DNA of 42,876 bases from a virus (lineage: Duplodnaviria > Caudoviricetes), in the IMG/VR virus record IMGVR_UViG_3300048848_000033, positions 1 through 42,876 of that record; one strand, 5' to 3'. The stretch's first letter is position 1. Every line of letters begins with the position of its first letter. The position numbers and the translations under genes are program-made. This document shows, in pieces, positions 17,801-27,294 of the stretch. The notes beneath the pieces were generated by a model. It did no database searches. It worked only from the letters and a program-made list of their open reading frames with translations, and had not been told where the DNA came from.

Positions 17801-19069
17801 TTAGGTCTGGTTGAAGAGTTCGACGCCGGCCATCTGCGGGTTGGTCAGGGACGTGCCCCAATCCACGTCCCAACGGGCCTTGACAGTCAGGTCGTTGATC
17901 TCACCCTGGCGGGTGTAGGTGATCTTGATGCCGTTCTCGGTCGTGCCGCGCATGACTTGCCAGCCGTCTTCCGGGTCCACCTGGAACGAGCCGGGCAGCA
18001 GCAGGAGCGATTCCTTCTTGAAGAAGGGGTTCAGCTCTGCAGCAGCGGTGTTCAGCCAGGTCAGCGTGGCGCCGGTGGCCGGCGTGGCCGTCACGTTCTT
18101 GAACTCCAGCTCGGCGCGCGTTCCGCCCTGGCCGGAGATGATCGCGGGCGCCACCAGGATCGCGTTGGCAGACGGCTTGCCGATGACGCGGAACGTCTGC
18201 AGCTGGCCGGTGTCCTGCTTGGTGATCATGTGGACCGAGTTGACGCCAGTGATGGTGAACGCGTCACCGGCCTTGATCGCGGCGTAGGTCGCGGCGGTCA
18301 CGTTCAGCACCGAGTAGCGGTTGTCCACGTTCTCGGTCTCGCCCGTGGCGGCCGTGCTGGTGGACTTCGGAACCCAGTACTGATTCGCACCGTTGACCGT
18401 GGTCGCGCCACCGCCAGCGGCAGCCAGGCGGAACGTCTGGTCGTTTTTGAACACCTCGAAGCCGGCGATGTCGTCGCTCACGCGAGCACGTTGATAGGCG
18501 GTCATGGTCTCGCGCAGGCCGGAGGTCTGCGGCTTGGCCAGGTTGCCTGCCATCGCGTTGTAGACGCGCGGAGCCAGGAACATGTACCGGTTCGCCAAGC
18601 CGATGCCTTGCTCGGTCAGCTGCGCGTCGGCCAGGGCAATGTCATCGAAGCCGGTGGGGGCAACGGTGCGCTTGATGACCTGCGAACCCTGCAGGGCCAC
18701 GGTCATAAACAGCGCATAGTTGATGTCGCTTGCCAGCTTGTGCTTGGCCTCGTCGCCTTTGCGCTTGAGGGTGGACGCGCTGCGCAAATCCTTGGCGGTC
18801 AGCTTGACCGGCGTGGACTTGTGGAAGCCGATGGACACGGGCACCGACAGCTCGGTCATGTCGCCGAAGTTGGCGGTCTGGTCGAAGCCGTCGTAGCTGA
18901 CGGCGATGCCCGGAGCGGGGATCCAGAACTTGTCGCCGGTCCGGTTCATTTCCAGCGGCGAAAGGGGCTCGTACTTGGTGGCGGCTTTGGAGATGACGAG
19001 GCCGTCTTCGAAGCCCTCCAGCACATCATCGAACATCACGCGCTCTTCGCGCGAAAAGGTGTTGGCCAT
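17801..19069 (-). CDS. Major capsid protein (P22 gp5-like)
   Basis: MANTFSREERVMFDDVLEGFED start, 422 aa, C-terminal NPQMAG..LFNQ; AGGA RBS; follows scaffold. Confidence 0.93.
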   Translation of the reverse strand: MANTFSREERVMFDDVLEGFEDGLVISKAATKYEPLSPLEMNRTGDKFWIPAPGIAVSYDGFDQTANFGDMTELSVPVSIGFHKSTPVKLTAKDLRSASTLKRKGDEAKHKLASDINYALFMTVALQGSQVIKRTVAPTGFDDIALADAQLTEQGIGLANRYMFLAPRVYNAMAGNLAKPQTSGLRETMTAYQRARVSDDIAGFEVFKNDQTFRLAAAGGGATTVNGANQYWVPKSTSTAATGETENVDNRYSVLNVTAATYAAIKAGDAFTITGVNSVHMITKQDTGQLQTFRVIGKPSANAILVAPAIISGQGGTRAELEFKNVTATPATGATLTWLNTAAAELNPFFKKESLLLLPGSFQVDPEDGWQVMRGTTENGIKITYTRQGEINDLTVKARWDVDWGTSLTNPQMAGVELFNQT

Positions 19070-19085
19070 TTGAATTCCTGGTGAG

Positions 19086-19967
19086 TTAACCCACAGCCTT
19101 CAGCTTCAGCGACCGCTTGTAGTTGACCAGCTCAGTGCGGTCTCCCGTGCGATCAGCCTTCTCTTCCAGCTGCTTCAATTTCGTGTCACCCGCAATAGGC
19201 GTACGGCCAGAGCCGGACAGCTTGGTTTCGGGCAATGGGGCTGCTTTGCGTTGCGTAACCTTCACTTGCGTCTCCAGTTTTGCGACCGCGAAAGCGAATT
19301 TCACAGGGTCATTGATGGAAGCGAGTTCCTTGGCCTTGGCCGGGTTCTTGCCGAGCGCGTAGATGACAGCGGCGGGGTTGTCGGCGCCAGCAACGATGAT
19401 TTGCGGTTGATTGCCAGAGAGGAATTCCATGGCTTGCGCCTCGGTTTCCTCGTAGTCGGAGACCTTCAGCGCAGCCTTCTGCTTGCCGTAGTTCTCCAGC
19501 TTGGCGTTCCAGGCCTTTTGATCGGCCTCCACTGCTTCACGCTGCTTGCGTTCTGCCTCATCGGCCGCCCGTTTCCGGTCATGCCATGCGGTCAGTTCCG
19601 CCTCGAACTTGTCGCCGTCGTAGTCGCAGCCCTCAAGCGTTGGCTTGGCGCCTACCGTCACGGCTCGCGCCGTTGCGGTCTCGCGCTCTGCCATCTGCTC
19701 TTCGAGCTTGCGCAGCTTTCTCGACTTCTCCCGGTGCTCCTTGCGCAGGTCTTTGACCCATGCCGGAAGGCCCTTCAACTCTTCGTCCTCGGATGGCGGC
19801 GACTCATCCCCGATGGAGACGACGACCTCGCCGGAGTCGCTGGATTCGGTTTCGTCGGTCTGCTCGGCTTCGGTCTGCTCGACCTCTTCCTGCTCGACTT
19901 CGGAGCCCTCTTCCAGCTCTCCAGCTACGTCCTCGACAACTTCGGTTTCTTCAGCCTGGTTGGACAT
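19086..19967 (-). CDS. Scaffolding protein
   Basis: Very acidic N-terminus, coiled coil, KPTLEGCDYD motif, basic C-terminal helix; between portal and coat. Confidence 0.88.
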   Translation of the reverse strand: MSNQAEETEVVEDVAGELEEGSEVEQEEVEQTEAEQTDETESSDSGEVVVSIGDESPPSEDEELKGLPAWVKDLRKEHREKSRKLRKLEEQMAERETATARAVTVGAKPTLEGCDYDGDKFEAELTAWHDRKRAADEAERKQREAVEADQKAWNAKLENYGKQKAALKVSDYEETEAQAMEFLSGNQPQIIVAGADNPAAVIYALGKNPAKAKELASINDPVKFAFAVAKLETQVKVTQRKAAPLPETKLSGSGRTPIAGDTKLKQLEEKADRTGDRTELVNYKRSLKLKAVG

Positions 19968-20018
19968 TCACGACCCTGTTGGACTCACCAAGAAACGGCT
20001 GGTGGGCGCCGTGGGCCG

Positions 20019-20047
20019 ATGATAGTTATTCTCTATCGACTACGCAA
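20019..20047 (-). promoter_or_regulatory. Putative sigma70 promoter for scaffold and coat
   Basis: TTGCGT-17-TATCAT in an AT-rich intergenic gap. Confidence 0.6.
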
Positions 20048-20063
20048 TGCCGATTTAATTAGT

Positions 20064-22127
20064 CTATGGAGAATTTTTTGATGCAGGCGGCGGCTGCATG
20101 ACCGATTGCAGGGCCTGCACGGTCGCAATGCGGGTGTTCTGCTCCTGCATGCCGATGCTGGCCAGGGTTTCCTGGCGCTGGGCGTCCTTGAGGTTGGCGC
20201 TAGCGATGGACTGCACGGTGTCGGCGCGCTTCTTCGCTGCATCGGCTTCGGCCTGGGCTGCTGCGGCCTGCAGGTATTGCGCTTGCGGATCAGGCTGCGC
20301 GTTTGCCTGTGCTTGCGCCATCTCCTGCGCTTCTTCCTCGGTGGGCTTGATCACGCCGCCCTTGACCAGACGAGAGCGTGCCCAGTCGTGCAGGTCGGAC
20401 AGGCCCTCACCTTCGATGTTCATCAGCGTGAGGCTGTTGAGCACGGACAGCATCTCGGGGTCTTGCGTGATGGCCATGATCCCGGTCAGCGCGCGGACGG
20501 TCGCGGCGCGCTTGGACGACGACGACGGGCCGACATCGACCACGCAGTCCAGATCTGATTCGGTCAGGTCGTTTTTCACGTAAAGCTGCGCCGTTTCAAG
20601 ATCAATCTTCTTCTGGTTCATCACCACCGAGCCGACGCCGCCCTGCGGGTCCAGCGTCTTCATGCGGCGGTCGTCCTCGATCAGGATTTCCTTCATCATC
20701 GACAGCCACACTTCGCCACTGCGCTTCATGGCCTTGGCGAGGTTGGACATGTAGATGAAGACCTGCATATCCAGGCGCGTCTGGATCAGCTCCACGGCCT
20801 TGCCAGAGCGGTTGCCCTCGATCTCTTCGCCGGCCTGCTGGTTGCCCAGGAGGTCGCCAAGCCCCTGCTCTGCCACCTGGTACAGCGCGGCCTGGGCGGG
20901 CGATACAACGGGCGGCTTGGTCATGCCGATGGGGCCGGCCGGCATCGGGTTGCCTTCCATGTCCCGCATGGCGTTCACCAGCAAATACGGGTTGTTGTCT
21001 ACCCCATCGTCGGCCCACAGGCGCTCATGCCCGGCGATCTGCTCCGGCGTGAAGATGGGTTTCTCGCGCGGGGATAGGGCGGCCATCTCGGCGAGCGTGC
21101 TGATCTGCATGTTGATCAACCGCTGAGCGTCCTTCGCCAGGCGCACATGGCCCATGAAGCGCTCGATGTTGTCGATGTACCAGCGCTTGCCGTACGTGAC
21201 GATGATGGGGATGCACTTGCCGGCGATGATCCCCTCATCCCTGAGCACCTTGGACCCGCTCAGGATGTACTTGTGCACGCGCTTGGTCTTGATGCGCTTG
21301 GTGCGGACCAGCTGGAACCCCCGAGCCTGCAGCTCGGCCATCTTGCCGGGGTTCTCGTCCAGATCCTCCTGCGTGACGCGCATGTCCGGCTCGTCCTCGA
21401 CCAGGCCGCGGAAGAAGTTGATGACCTCGGTCTGCTCCTCGATGCGGTAGTGCTCACAGACGTGAACGACATCGGGCGTGAACCAGTCGAACTGCGTGCG
21501 CTCAATGTCCTTGGGCCAGGTTGCGTCCTCTTCGCCGAATTCCTCCTTGTACGCATCGGGAGTCATTGAGGTGAGGACGTAGCAGCGCTTCGCATCGGCC
21601 TTGTCCTGGCGCTTGGCATCGAGGTTGAAGAACACCGTCGATTCGGCGTCGAAGATCGGCTCGATCTTGATCCGCTGCCGGGTGTCGTCCTCGTCTTCCT
21701 CGTTCTCGTAGCAGGCTCGGAGTCTCCACGCGCCCATGCCACCGCCGACTGCTTCCTCGAAGGCGTTGTCGTAGGCCTCGTCCGCCGTGCTGTCCTGCTC
21801 GTCGGCCCGGTACAGGCCATTGCACACGTCGGCCACGTCCTCGCCGGTCTCGCCGTCCTTTGGCAGGAAATCGACCGTGATGCGATTGGCGCGGTACTCG
21901 TTGAAGATGCGGATCACGGCCAGGTGAACCTTGTTCATCTCCATCTGGGGCTTGTTCTCGAACTGCTCGCCCCACTTGCCCTCCCACTGCGCGCCGGCCA
22001 GGCTGTAGAACCTGCGGTCGTCCAGCGCCTGCATGCGCCCGTCCCACACGGTTGACTGGATGTCGTCAAACTCGTGCATCGCCTCGGCGTGGACCTTGCG
22101 GAGGGCTGCGGACTGGCGCTGGCTCAT
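20064..22127 (-). CDS. Portal protein (P22 gp1-like)
   Basis: 687 aa; DRRFY...QW, AYDNAFEEAVGGGMG, GHVRLAKDAQR motifs; C-terminal helical barrel. Confidence 0.93.
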   Translation of the reverse strand: MSQRQSAALRKVHAEAMHEFDDIQSTVWDGRMQALDDRRFYSLAGAQWEGKWGEQFENKPQMEMNKVHLAVIRIFNEYRANRITVDFLPKDGETGEDVADVCNGLYRADEQDSTADEAYDNAFEEAVGGGMGAWRLRACYENEEDEDDTRQRIKIEPIFDAESTVFFNLDAKRQDKADAKRCYVLTSMTPDAYKEEFGEEDATWPKDIERTQFDWFTPDVVHVCEHYRIEEQTEVINFFRGLVEDEPDMRVTQEDLDENPGKMAELQARGFQLVRTKRIKTKRVHKYILSGSKVLRDEGIIAGKCIPIIVTYGKRWYIDNIERFMGHVRLAKDAQRLINMQISTLAEMAALSPREKPIFTPEQIAGHERLWADDGVDNNPYLLVNAMRDMEGNPMPAGPIGMTKPPVVSPAQAALYQVAEQGLGDLLGNQQAGEEIEGNRSGKAVELIQTRLDMQVFIYMSNLAKAMKRSGEVWLSMMKEILIEDDRRMKTLDPQGGVGSVVMNQKKIDLETAQLYVKNDLTESDLDCVVDVGPSSSSKRAATVRALTGIMAITQDPEMLSVLNSLTLMNIEGEGLSDLHDWARSRLVKGGVIKPTEEEAQEMAQAQANAQPDPQAQYLQAAAAQAEADAAKKRADTVQSIASANLKDAQRQETLASIGMQEQNTRIATVQALQSVMQPPPASKNSP

Positions 22128-22164
22128 ATGTAATCCCTATCGCGCACGCGCGCGTGATAGAACG

Positions 22165-22193
22165 ATTCTATGGCCGTGAGCGCATTTCTCCAA
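22165..22193 (-). promoter_or_regulatory. Putative promoter upstream of portal
   Basis: TTGGAG-17-TAGAAT between terL and portal. Confidence 0.4.
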
Positions 22194-23774
22194 TTAACGC
22201 CTGCCGGCCCGGCCTGCCATGGGGTTGCGCGTGGGGATGACGGAGACCTTGGGCGTCTCGACCACGCGGCCCATCTTCTCCAGCGCCTGCGCCCATTGCC
22301 GGAAGCTGTCAGCGCCTTCCGAGTGGATGTCGTGCCGGGGCGTGTCGCTCCAACATGCGGCGCGCTCGTTCCATGTCTTGCGATACGCGGCGAGGTGATC
22401 CACACCCTCTTTCGTGCCGGCCTCATCGAACCAGGCTTGGCTGAATGCGTTGCGCACCAGCTGAATGCCGTGTGTCACTTCGCTGACGACAGGCACGATT
22501 TCCCACTTGCCGCCGATCTGCAGCTTCTTCAGTTCGTCAATGGGCGCGGCGACAACCTGGCCCTGTTGCCTCTTGTGCGCAGCATCGTGCGGCAGGTAGT
22601 GCGTGCCCCACAGCCAACCGGTGCGCTGCATCTTCTCGGCGTAGAAAGCGTATGGCTCGCCCCACCCCTCGATGAACTTGATGAAGCGGTGTTCCAGGCC
22701 GATCTTCTGGTGAAACCAGATGGCCGTGCCGTCGCTGTTGCCAATGTCCCAGAAGGTGTTGACCGGTACGCCATCGGCGTGCGGCACCGAGCAGATGCGC
22801 CCGGCCTTGCGCGCCGCGGCCAACTGCACCCCGTAGTACGTGCCTTCTGTGCTGACCTGGAAAGCCTCGCTTGATGTGCTGGGGTACTCCTGCCACATGT
22901 TCTCCGGGTCGCCGCCGAAGTCGGAGTCGCGTGTGGCAACGTACCAGTTGCGCTGTTCGCGGTCGATGGTGCAGCCTTCAAGCGCCTCGATCTTGTCGAA
23001 GTACTCGTTGTCCTTCTCCGTGATCGGCACGTCACCAGCGATGCGGTATGCCTTCTCGCCCCACCAAGGGAAGAAGTGGAAGCGGTAGTCGCGTTCCGTG
23101 AGTGCCGTGCCTTTCTCGGCCAGCGCTTCGGCGCGCGAGGTCATGGCGTAGAAGCTGCCGTCGCGCCCCTCGGCCGTCGATTCAATGATCGCGATTCCGT
23201 CCAGGGGAACGGCAGGCAGCGAGCCGTTGACGACCTCCTTTGCCTTTTCCGGGTACTTGGCGCAGATCTTGCCGAACTCGGACACATGCAACCGGTGGAT
23301 CGTGCCCGAGCGCATCGACGTGGCAACGCGGATGCTGCTGTTGTTGTGGCCGAACAGGAGTTCCGTCGCGCTGTCCCGCGCGAGCGGCATGCGCTCTTTC
23401 AACTCTGCCGGCAGCCTGTCATAAGCCAGCTTCACCTTGTCGCGGAAGATGACCTCTGCAGCCTCTCTGTCCTGGGCGATGATGCCGCAGCGCTGGTCGG
23501 CGTTGAACAGCGCATGGTCCAGCCACAGGATAGCCACCAGCGTGGTGAAGCCGAGTTGCCGCGCCTTCAGGATGATGTTGCGGTGCCACAGGCGGCCGAG
23601 CAGTTTGCGCTGTGCCGCGTTCGGCCGGAACGGAACGACCGAACCTAAGTCATCATCATGGCTCTTGACCATAATTTTGTAGAGCTGGCCAGAGCAGACG
23701 CGCCACATCGGGTCGGCCAAGCATTCCGCCAGCCCTTCCGCGTCACCCGGAACGAAGTCGAGCGCAACCGCCAT
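22194..23774 (-). CDS. terL: Terminase large subunit
   Basis: LKARQLGFTT Walker A, LHVSE Walker B, IESTAEG motif III, nuclease WDIG..D and HSEGADSFR. Confidence 0.95.
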   Translation of the reverse strand: MAVALDFVPGDAEGLAECLADPMWRVCSGQLYKIMVKSHDDDLGSVVPFRPNAAQRKLLGRLWHRNIILKARQLGFTTLVAILWLDHALFNADQRCGIIAQDREAAEVIFRDKVKLAYDRLPAELKERMPLARDSATELLFGHNNSSIRVATSMRSGTIHRLHVSEFGKICAKYPEKAKEVVNGSLPAVPLDGIAIIESTAEGRDGSFYAMTSRAEALAEKGTALTERDYRFHFFPWWGEKAYRIAGDVPITEKDNEYFDKIEALEGCTIDREQRNWYVATRDSDFGGDPENMWQEYPSTSSEAFQVSTEGTYYGVQLAAARKAGRICSVPHADGVPVNTFWDIGNSDGTAIWFHQKIGLEHRFIKFIEGWGEPYAFYAEKMQRTGWLWGTHYLPHDAAHKRQQGQVVAAPIDELKKLQIGGKWEIVPVVSEVTHGIQLVRNAFSQAWFDEAGTKEGVDHLAAYRKTWNERAACWSDTPRHDIHSEGADSFRQWAQALEKMGRVVETPKVSVIPTRNPMAGRAGRR

Positions 23775-24304
23775 TAGTCACGCACCACAGGCATCGCGGT
23801 GCGGCCCATGCCGGCCAGGATGGCCCCCAGCGCGTCCACCTTCTGCTTGTTGTCCATCGCGTACAACCCAACGTGCTTCGCCAGCTTCTCCAATGCGCTG
23901 TTCTTGTCGGCGATCTTGTACTTGCGGATCACGGTCACACCTGCATCCTCACCTCGGCCGCGCTCTGTCGCGGTCTCCAAACCAGCAATGCCGGCCGCAG
24001 TGTCGTCGTCAAGCTGGTGGATCGGGATAGGCTCGCCTTCGTCCGTCAGCAGCTTGCGCGCATCGAAGAACGCAAGCCGCGCGATCTCCTGCAGCACGCG
24101 AGCAGCGGTCACTCCCGTGGTCTGCGAGCGCGCCTGTTGCGCCGCCGCGACAGCCTCGGACACCATGACATTCGATAACAGGCGGCTCGCCTGCTCTTGG
24201 GCCGTCTTCGCGCTGTAGCCGGCCCGAATCGCCGCTTGCGTGGCGTTGAGGTCGATCATGTACTCAGCGACAAACCGCTCTTGCTTCGGCGTCAGTGCCA
24301 TCAC
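23774..24304 (-). CDS. terS: Terminase small subunit
   Basis: LTPKQERFVAEYMIDLNATQAAIRAGYSAKTA and DKNSALEKLAKHVG motifs. Confidence 0.95.
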   Translation of the reverse strand: MMALTPKQERFVAEYMIDLNATQAAIRAGYSAKTAQEQASRLLSNVMVSEAVAAAQQARSQTTGVTAARVLQEIARLAFFDARKLLTDEGEPIPIHQLDDDTAAGIAGLETATERGRGEDAGVTVIRKYKIADKNSALEKLAKHVGLYAMDNKQKVDALGAILAGMGRTAMPVVRD

Positions 24305-24317
24305 TTCCTCTCCTTCT

Positions 24318-24881
24318 TCAAGTCTTCAAGTCCTTGAGCCGCTGTGCAAAGTCCGCCTTGATGGCGCGAAGGTCGTCCCGAGTCCACTTTCGAGGCTCGT
24401 TGTCAGCTTCGAGCGCTTCGACGGCGGCGAGCCCAATGCGAGCGATGAGGCCCACGCGGTAGTCAACGGCGTTTCCGGCAAGGAACCGGTTTTCCTGCTT
24501 GGTCTGCGCGTGGCAATTGCGTTCATCGAACCGGAGATGCGATGCAGCCCCAGTGCTTCGGTAGTGGCCAGCATCGACAGCATTCCCCGACCAGTCCAGG
24601 GTGGCCCCGCTTGAAATGCAGGCATGCCCTGCCAGACGGTCGCGCTCACGGATGTATGCATTGAAGACCTTCTGTGTTTCGGCGATGAGGACGGGAATGG
24701 TCTTCACCGCCTCCTTGCGCGTCCTGATCTGCGCCCGTTCCTCTGCCTTGTCTGCCTTCACCTTGCGGGCAGCGCACACAGGGCTGCAGACGGCCTGCAT
24801 GGGGCGCGCGGGCACGAAGTTGGACTTGCACTGCTTGCAGGGCCTGGGCTTTGGGGCGAACGGGAGGGAGCCGAGCATCAT
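24318..24881 (-). CDS. ninG: NinG/Rap-like recombination endonuclease
   Basis: CKQC...CSPVC zinc finger, FNAYIRERD, CISSG, DAGHYRS...LRFDERNCHAQ. Confidence 0.9.
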   Translation of the reverse strand: MMLGSLPFAPKPRPCKQCKSNFVPARPMQAVCSPVCAARKVKADKAEERAQIRTRKEAVKTIPVLIAETQKVFNAYIRERDRLAGHACISSGATLDWSGNAVDAGHYRSTGAASHLRFDERNCHAQTKQENRFLAGNAVDYRVGLIARIGLAAVEALEADNEPRKWTRDDLRAIKADFAQRLKDLKT

Positions 24882-25009
24882 TCGCCCGCCTTGACCGCAC
24901 AGTAGGCGATGAAGCACCAGACCAGCACCAGCGGAATGGCCATCCACCACGGCAGATGGGGCGCCAAGGTGACGGAGACGATGATCAGCAGGCATTGACT
25001 GTTCTTCAC
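24878..25009 (-). CDS. 43-aa hydrophobic peptide (MKNSQCLLIIVSVTLAPHLPWWMAIPLVLVWCFIAYCAVKAGE)
   Basis: Hand-translated; GTGA overlap with ninB stop and ATGA overlap with ninG start. Confidence 0.6.
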   Translation of the reverse strand: MKNSQCLLIIVSVTLAPHLPWWMAIPLVLVWCFIAYCAVKAGE

Positions 25010-25416
25010 GCCGCCCCCTCATCACGGAACTGCACGCCCCGCTCCACCCCGAACGCCGTCATCAGCTCCTGCATCTCGCACATCTCGGCCTTGGTCATCT
25101 TCGAGGTGCGCTGGCCGCAGATGACAAACCCGCCATCCAGGCCGGGCACAACCTTCTGTTTCTTGAGCGACGCGGAGAACACGTCCTTCCACTCGTCCTG
25201 GGATAGCTTCTGTCCGTACCAGTCCACCTGGTGGCTGATGTCGGTGAGCATGGCCCACAGCCGGCGATTCTGGGCATCGCTGCGCTTCTCGGGCTTGACC
25301 TCCAGCGTCAGACGATGGCCGGCCATGAGCATGCCCTTGGCGAGGCGCCAGGCGTTCTCGAAGGGAGCGCGAGCCTGCTGCGCGCTGTAGAGGTGGGCTT
25401 TCAGCGTCTCAGCCAT
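25006..25416 (-). CDS. ninB: NinB/Orf recombination mediator
   Basis: KRSDAQNRRLWAMLTDISHQV.W.G..L..DEWKDVF and RTSKMTK motifs. Confidence 0.92.
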   Translation of the reverse strand: MAETLKAHLYSAQQARAPFENAWRLAKGMLMAGHRLTLEVKPEKRSDAQNRRLWAMLTDISHQVDWYGQKLSQDEWKDVFSASLKKQKVVPGLDGGFVICGQRTSKMTKAEMCEMQELMTAFGVERGVQFRDEGAA

Positions 25417-25609
25417 TGCCCTTCCCCTCCACCTTCCACCGGCAGCCGGTGCATTCCTTGTCCGCCTGGCCCAGCGTGGTGTGGGTGTAGTTGCACGCCT
25501 TGGTCATGGGGTCGGGTAGGTCCACCATGTGGCGGCGACCGTCAGAGGACCAGCCGTCTTGGACGGTGATGGTCTCGGCCAGGGGTGCGCGGTTGTGGCA
25601 GCCGTTCAC
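25409..25609 (-). CDS. Small Cys-containing hypothetical protein
   Basis: GTGA-coupled; GCHNR...CNY...CTGC. Confidence 0.65.
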   Translation of the reverse strand: MNGCHNRAPLAETITVQDGWSSDGRRHMVDLPDPMTKACNYTHTTLGQADKECTGCRWKVEGKGNG

Positions 25610-25836
25610 CACTGCTTCCCTTCCATGGCCTCGCGAAGGATGTCGCTGTAGTGCCTGGCCTTGGCACCATCGTCGGTGCCGGCCTTGTGGCCCGCACGCA
25701 TGCTGTACTTGATCACGTTGCCCTTGAGATAGCCGATGTACTCGGCCTCGGACAGGACCATCTGCATCACCTCCAGGGGCTGCACCGGCATTTCTTGGTA
25801 GTGGGTTCCCCCCACTTGGGTGTCCAGGGCGCTCAT
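25606..25836 (-). CDS. DUF3310 (SaV-like) protein
   Basis: QVGGTHY, YLKGNVIKY..RAGHK, D..KARHY motifs. Confidence 0.85.
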   Translation of the reverse strand: MSALDTQVGGTHYQEMPVQPLEVMQMVLSEAEYIGYLKGNVIKYSMRAGHKAGTDDGAKARHYSDILREAMEGKQW

Positions 25837-26015
25837 GCTTCTTCCTTCTTTGCTCGGTGCTTGTCTATCTCTGCCTGCAGGAGGTCAGGGAGGCGGGAGA
25901 GGTTGTAGGGGTCGGTCTTGGCGAAGCGTTGAGCGCATTCCATGGTTCCTTCAGCGCCAAACCACTTGAGGCAGCGCCAGAGGTGTTCCATGTACTTGCG
26001 CTCGGGGTCGGTCAT
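25833..26015 (-). CDS. Hypothetical protein
   Basis: ATGA-coupled on both sides. Confidence 0.6.
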   Translation of the reverse strand: MTDPERKYMEHLWRCLKWFGAEGTMECAQRFAKTDPYNLSRLPDLLQAEIDKHRAKKEEA

Positions 26016-26965
26016 TCGTCAAAGAACCGCAGGGGCTCATCGCCGTAGTGCGCCAGGAATTGCTGGCTGTCCTTGTCGAACCAGAGTGCGATGCCGCCCT
26101 CCCACTCGCCGTTGCGCTGCTTGTCGCAAATCAGGATGCAGTCCGGTTCCTTCTGCTCGTCCACATCCGCACAGGCTTCGCGCTTTTTTTCCTTGGGCTT
26201 GTTGCGCCACACGCTGATGACGTTGTCCACCTGGTCGGTGATAGAGCCCGAACCCTTGTAGTCGTACTTGTTGGGCTTGTGGCTCTCGTCCGCGGGCTTG
26301 CGGATGTGGTGCACCAGGTGGATGTGCATGTTGTGGTCGCGAGCGATGCACGTCAGCTCGTCAACGAAGGCCTTCTGGCCGTTGTAGTCGTCCTCTGCAG
26401 CGACGCACTTCATGAGGCTGTCCACCACGAAGTGGGTCACGCCCAGTTCCTTCGCGCAGTACCGGGCCACCGCGGCGACCTTGGCCGCCGTCACGGTGCC
26501 CTGCTGGTCGTACAGCCACAGCCGGGTGTCGGTCCATTCCTTGAAGTCGCTGTACATGGCGATCAAGCCGCGCTTGGCGCCCTCGTCGCCCGCATAGGCC
26601 GCGTGTCCGGGATTGGTCCCCGATGCCTGCCGGCCCATGCGCTCCAATGTCTTGAGCGGCTTCATCTCGAAACTGGCGATGCAGACCCGCTCGCCCTGCT
26701 TGCACAGGCCCAGTGCAACCTGGCCCGTTACCAGGCTCTTGCCGTTGCCGTTCGCCCCACCCCACACCGTGACCTCGCCCGGGCGGAACTGGATCAGGTC
26801 GTGCGTCTTGCGCCACGGCATGAAGGCCTGGGGCGTGCGGACGGGATGCTTGATCCGCTCGATCAGCTCCTGCACGTACATCGACGCGGGCTTGACCTTC
26901 TCCCGCGCTTCTGTCTCCCGCTCGTAGAGCGAAAAGTCGATTTCGTCATCAACAATCAAAGGCAT
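26012..26965 (-). CDS. SF4 (DnaB/T7 gp4-like) replicative helicase, helicase domain only
   Basis: GANGNGKS Walker A, SFEM, FVVDSL Walker B, LVHHIRK, KGSGSITDQVD, KQRNG. Confidence 0.92.
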   Translation of the reverse strand: MPLIVDDEIDFSLYERETEAREKVKPASMYVQELIERIKHPVRTPQAFMPWRKTHDLIQFRPGEVTVWGGANGNGKSLVTGQVALGLCKQGERVCIASFEMKPLKTLERMGRQASGTNPGHAAYAGDEGAKRGLIAMYSDFKEWTDTRLWLYDQQGTVTAAKVAAVARYCAKELGVTHFVVDSLMKCVAAEDDYNGQKAFVDELTCIARDHNMHIHLVHHIRKPADESHKPNKYDYKGSGSITDQVDNVISVWRNKPKEKKREACADVDEQKEPDCILICDKQRNGEWEGGIALWFDKDSQQFLAHYGDEPLRFFDE

Positions 26966-27294
26966 AGCAGCTCCCGGTACTTCACGAGAAGTTCTTGTTC
27001 GCGCTCCGTCGGGGCGGATGCCCCAGCGCAGGACACCAGGCCGACGATGTGGGCCTTGGCACGTTGGATGGCTTCGATGACGGCCTCGAAGCGGCGGTCG
27101 TTGCGCTCAAGCTCGATCAGGTACACCGGAATGCCGACCAGCGGGCGCCAATCCATCGCGGCGGGTTGGTCGGCGGGCTTCACAACGACGTACGCCGGGC
27201 CATCGGAGAAGTTCGTCGGCACGCCGACGATCACCTTCACGTCAGCAGGACGCACACGGTCGCGGCGCAATTCGAGGATGTCGGCTAGGCTCAC
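26956..27294 (-). CDS. Hypothetical protein between initiator and helicase
   Basis: Coupled overlaps with both neighbours. Confidence 0.65.
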   Translation of the reverse strand: MSLADILELRRDRVRPADVKVIVGVPTNFSDGPAYVVVKPADQPAAMDWRPLVGIPVYLIELERNDRRFEAVIEAIQRAKAHIVGLVSCAGASAPTEREQELLVKYRELLCL

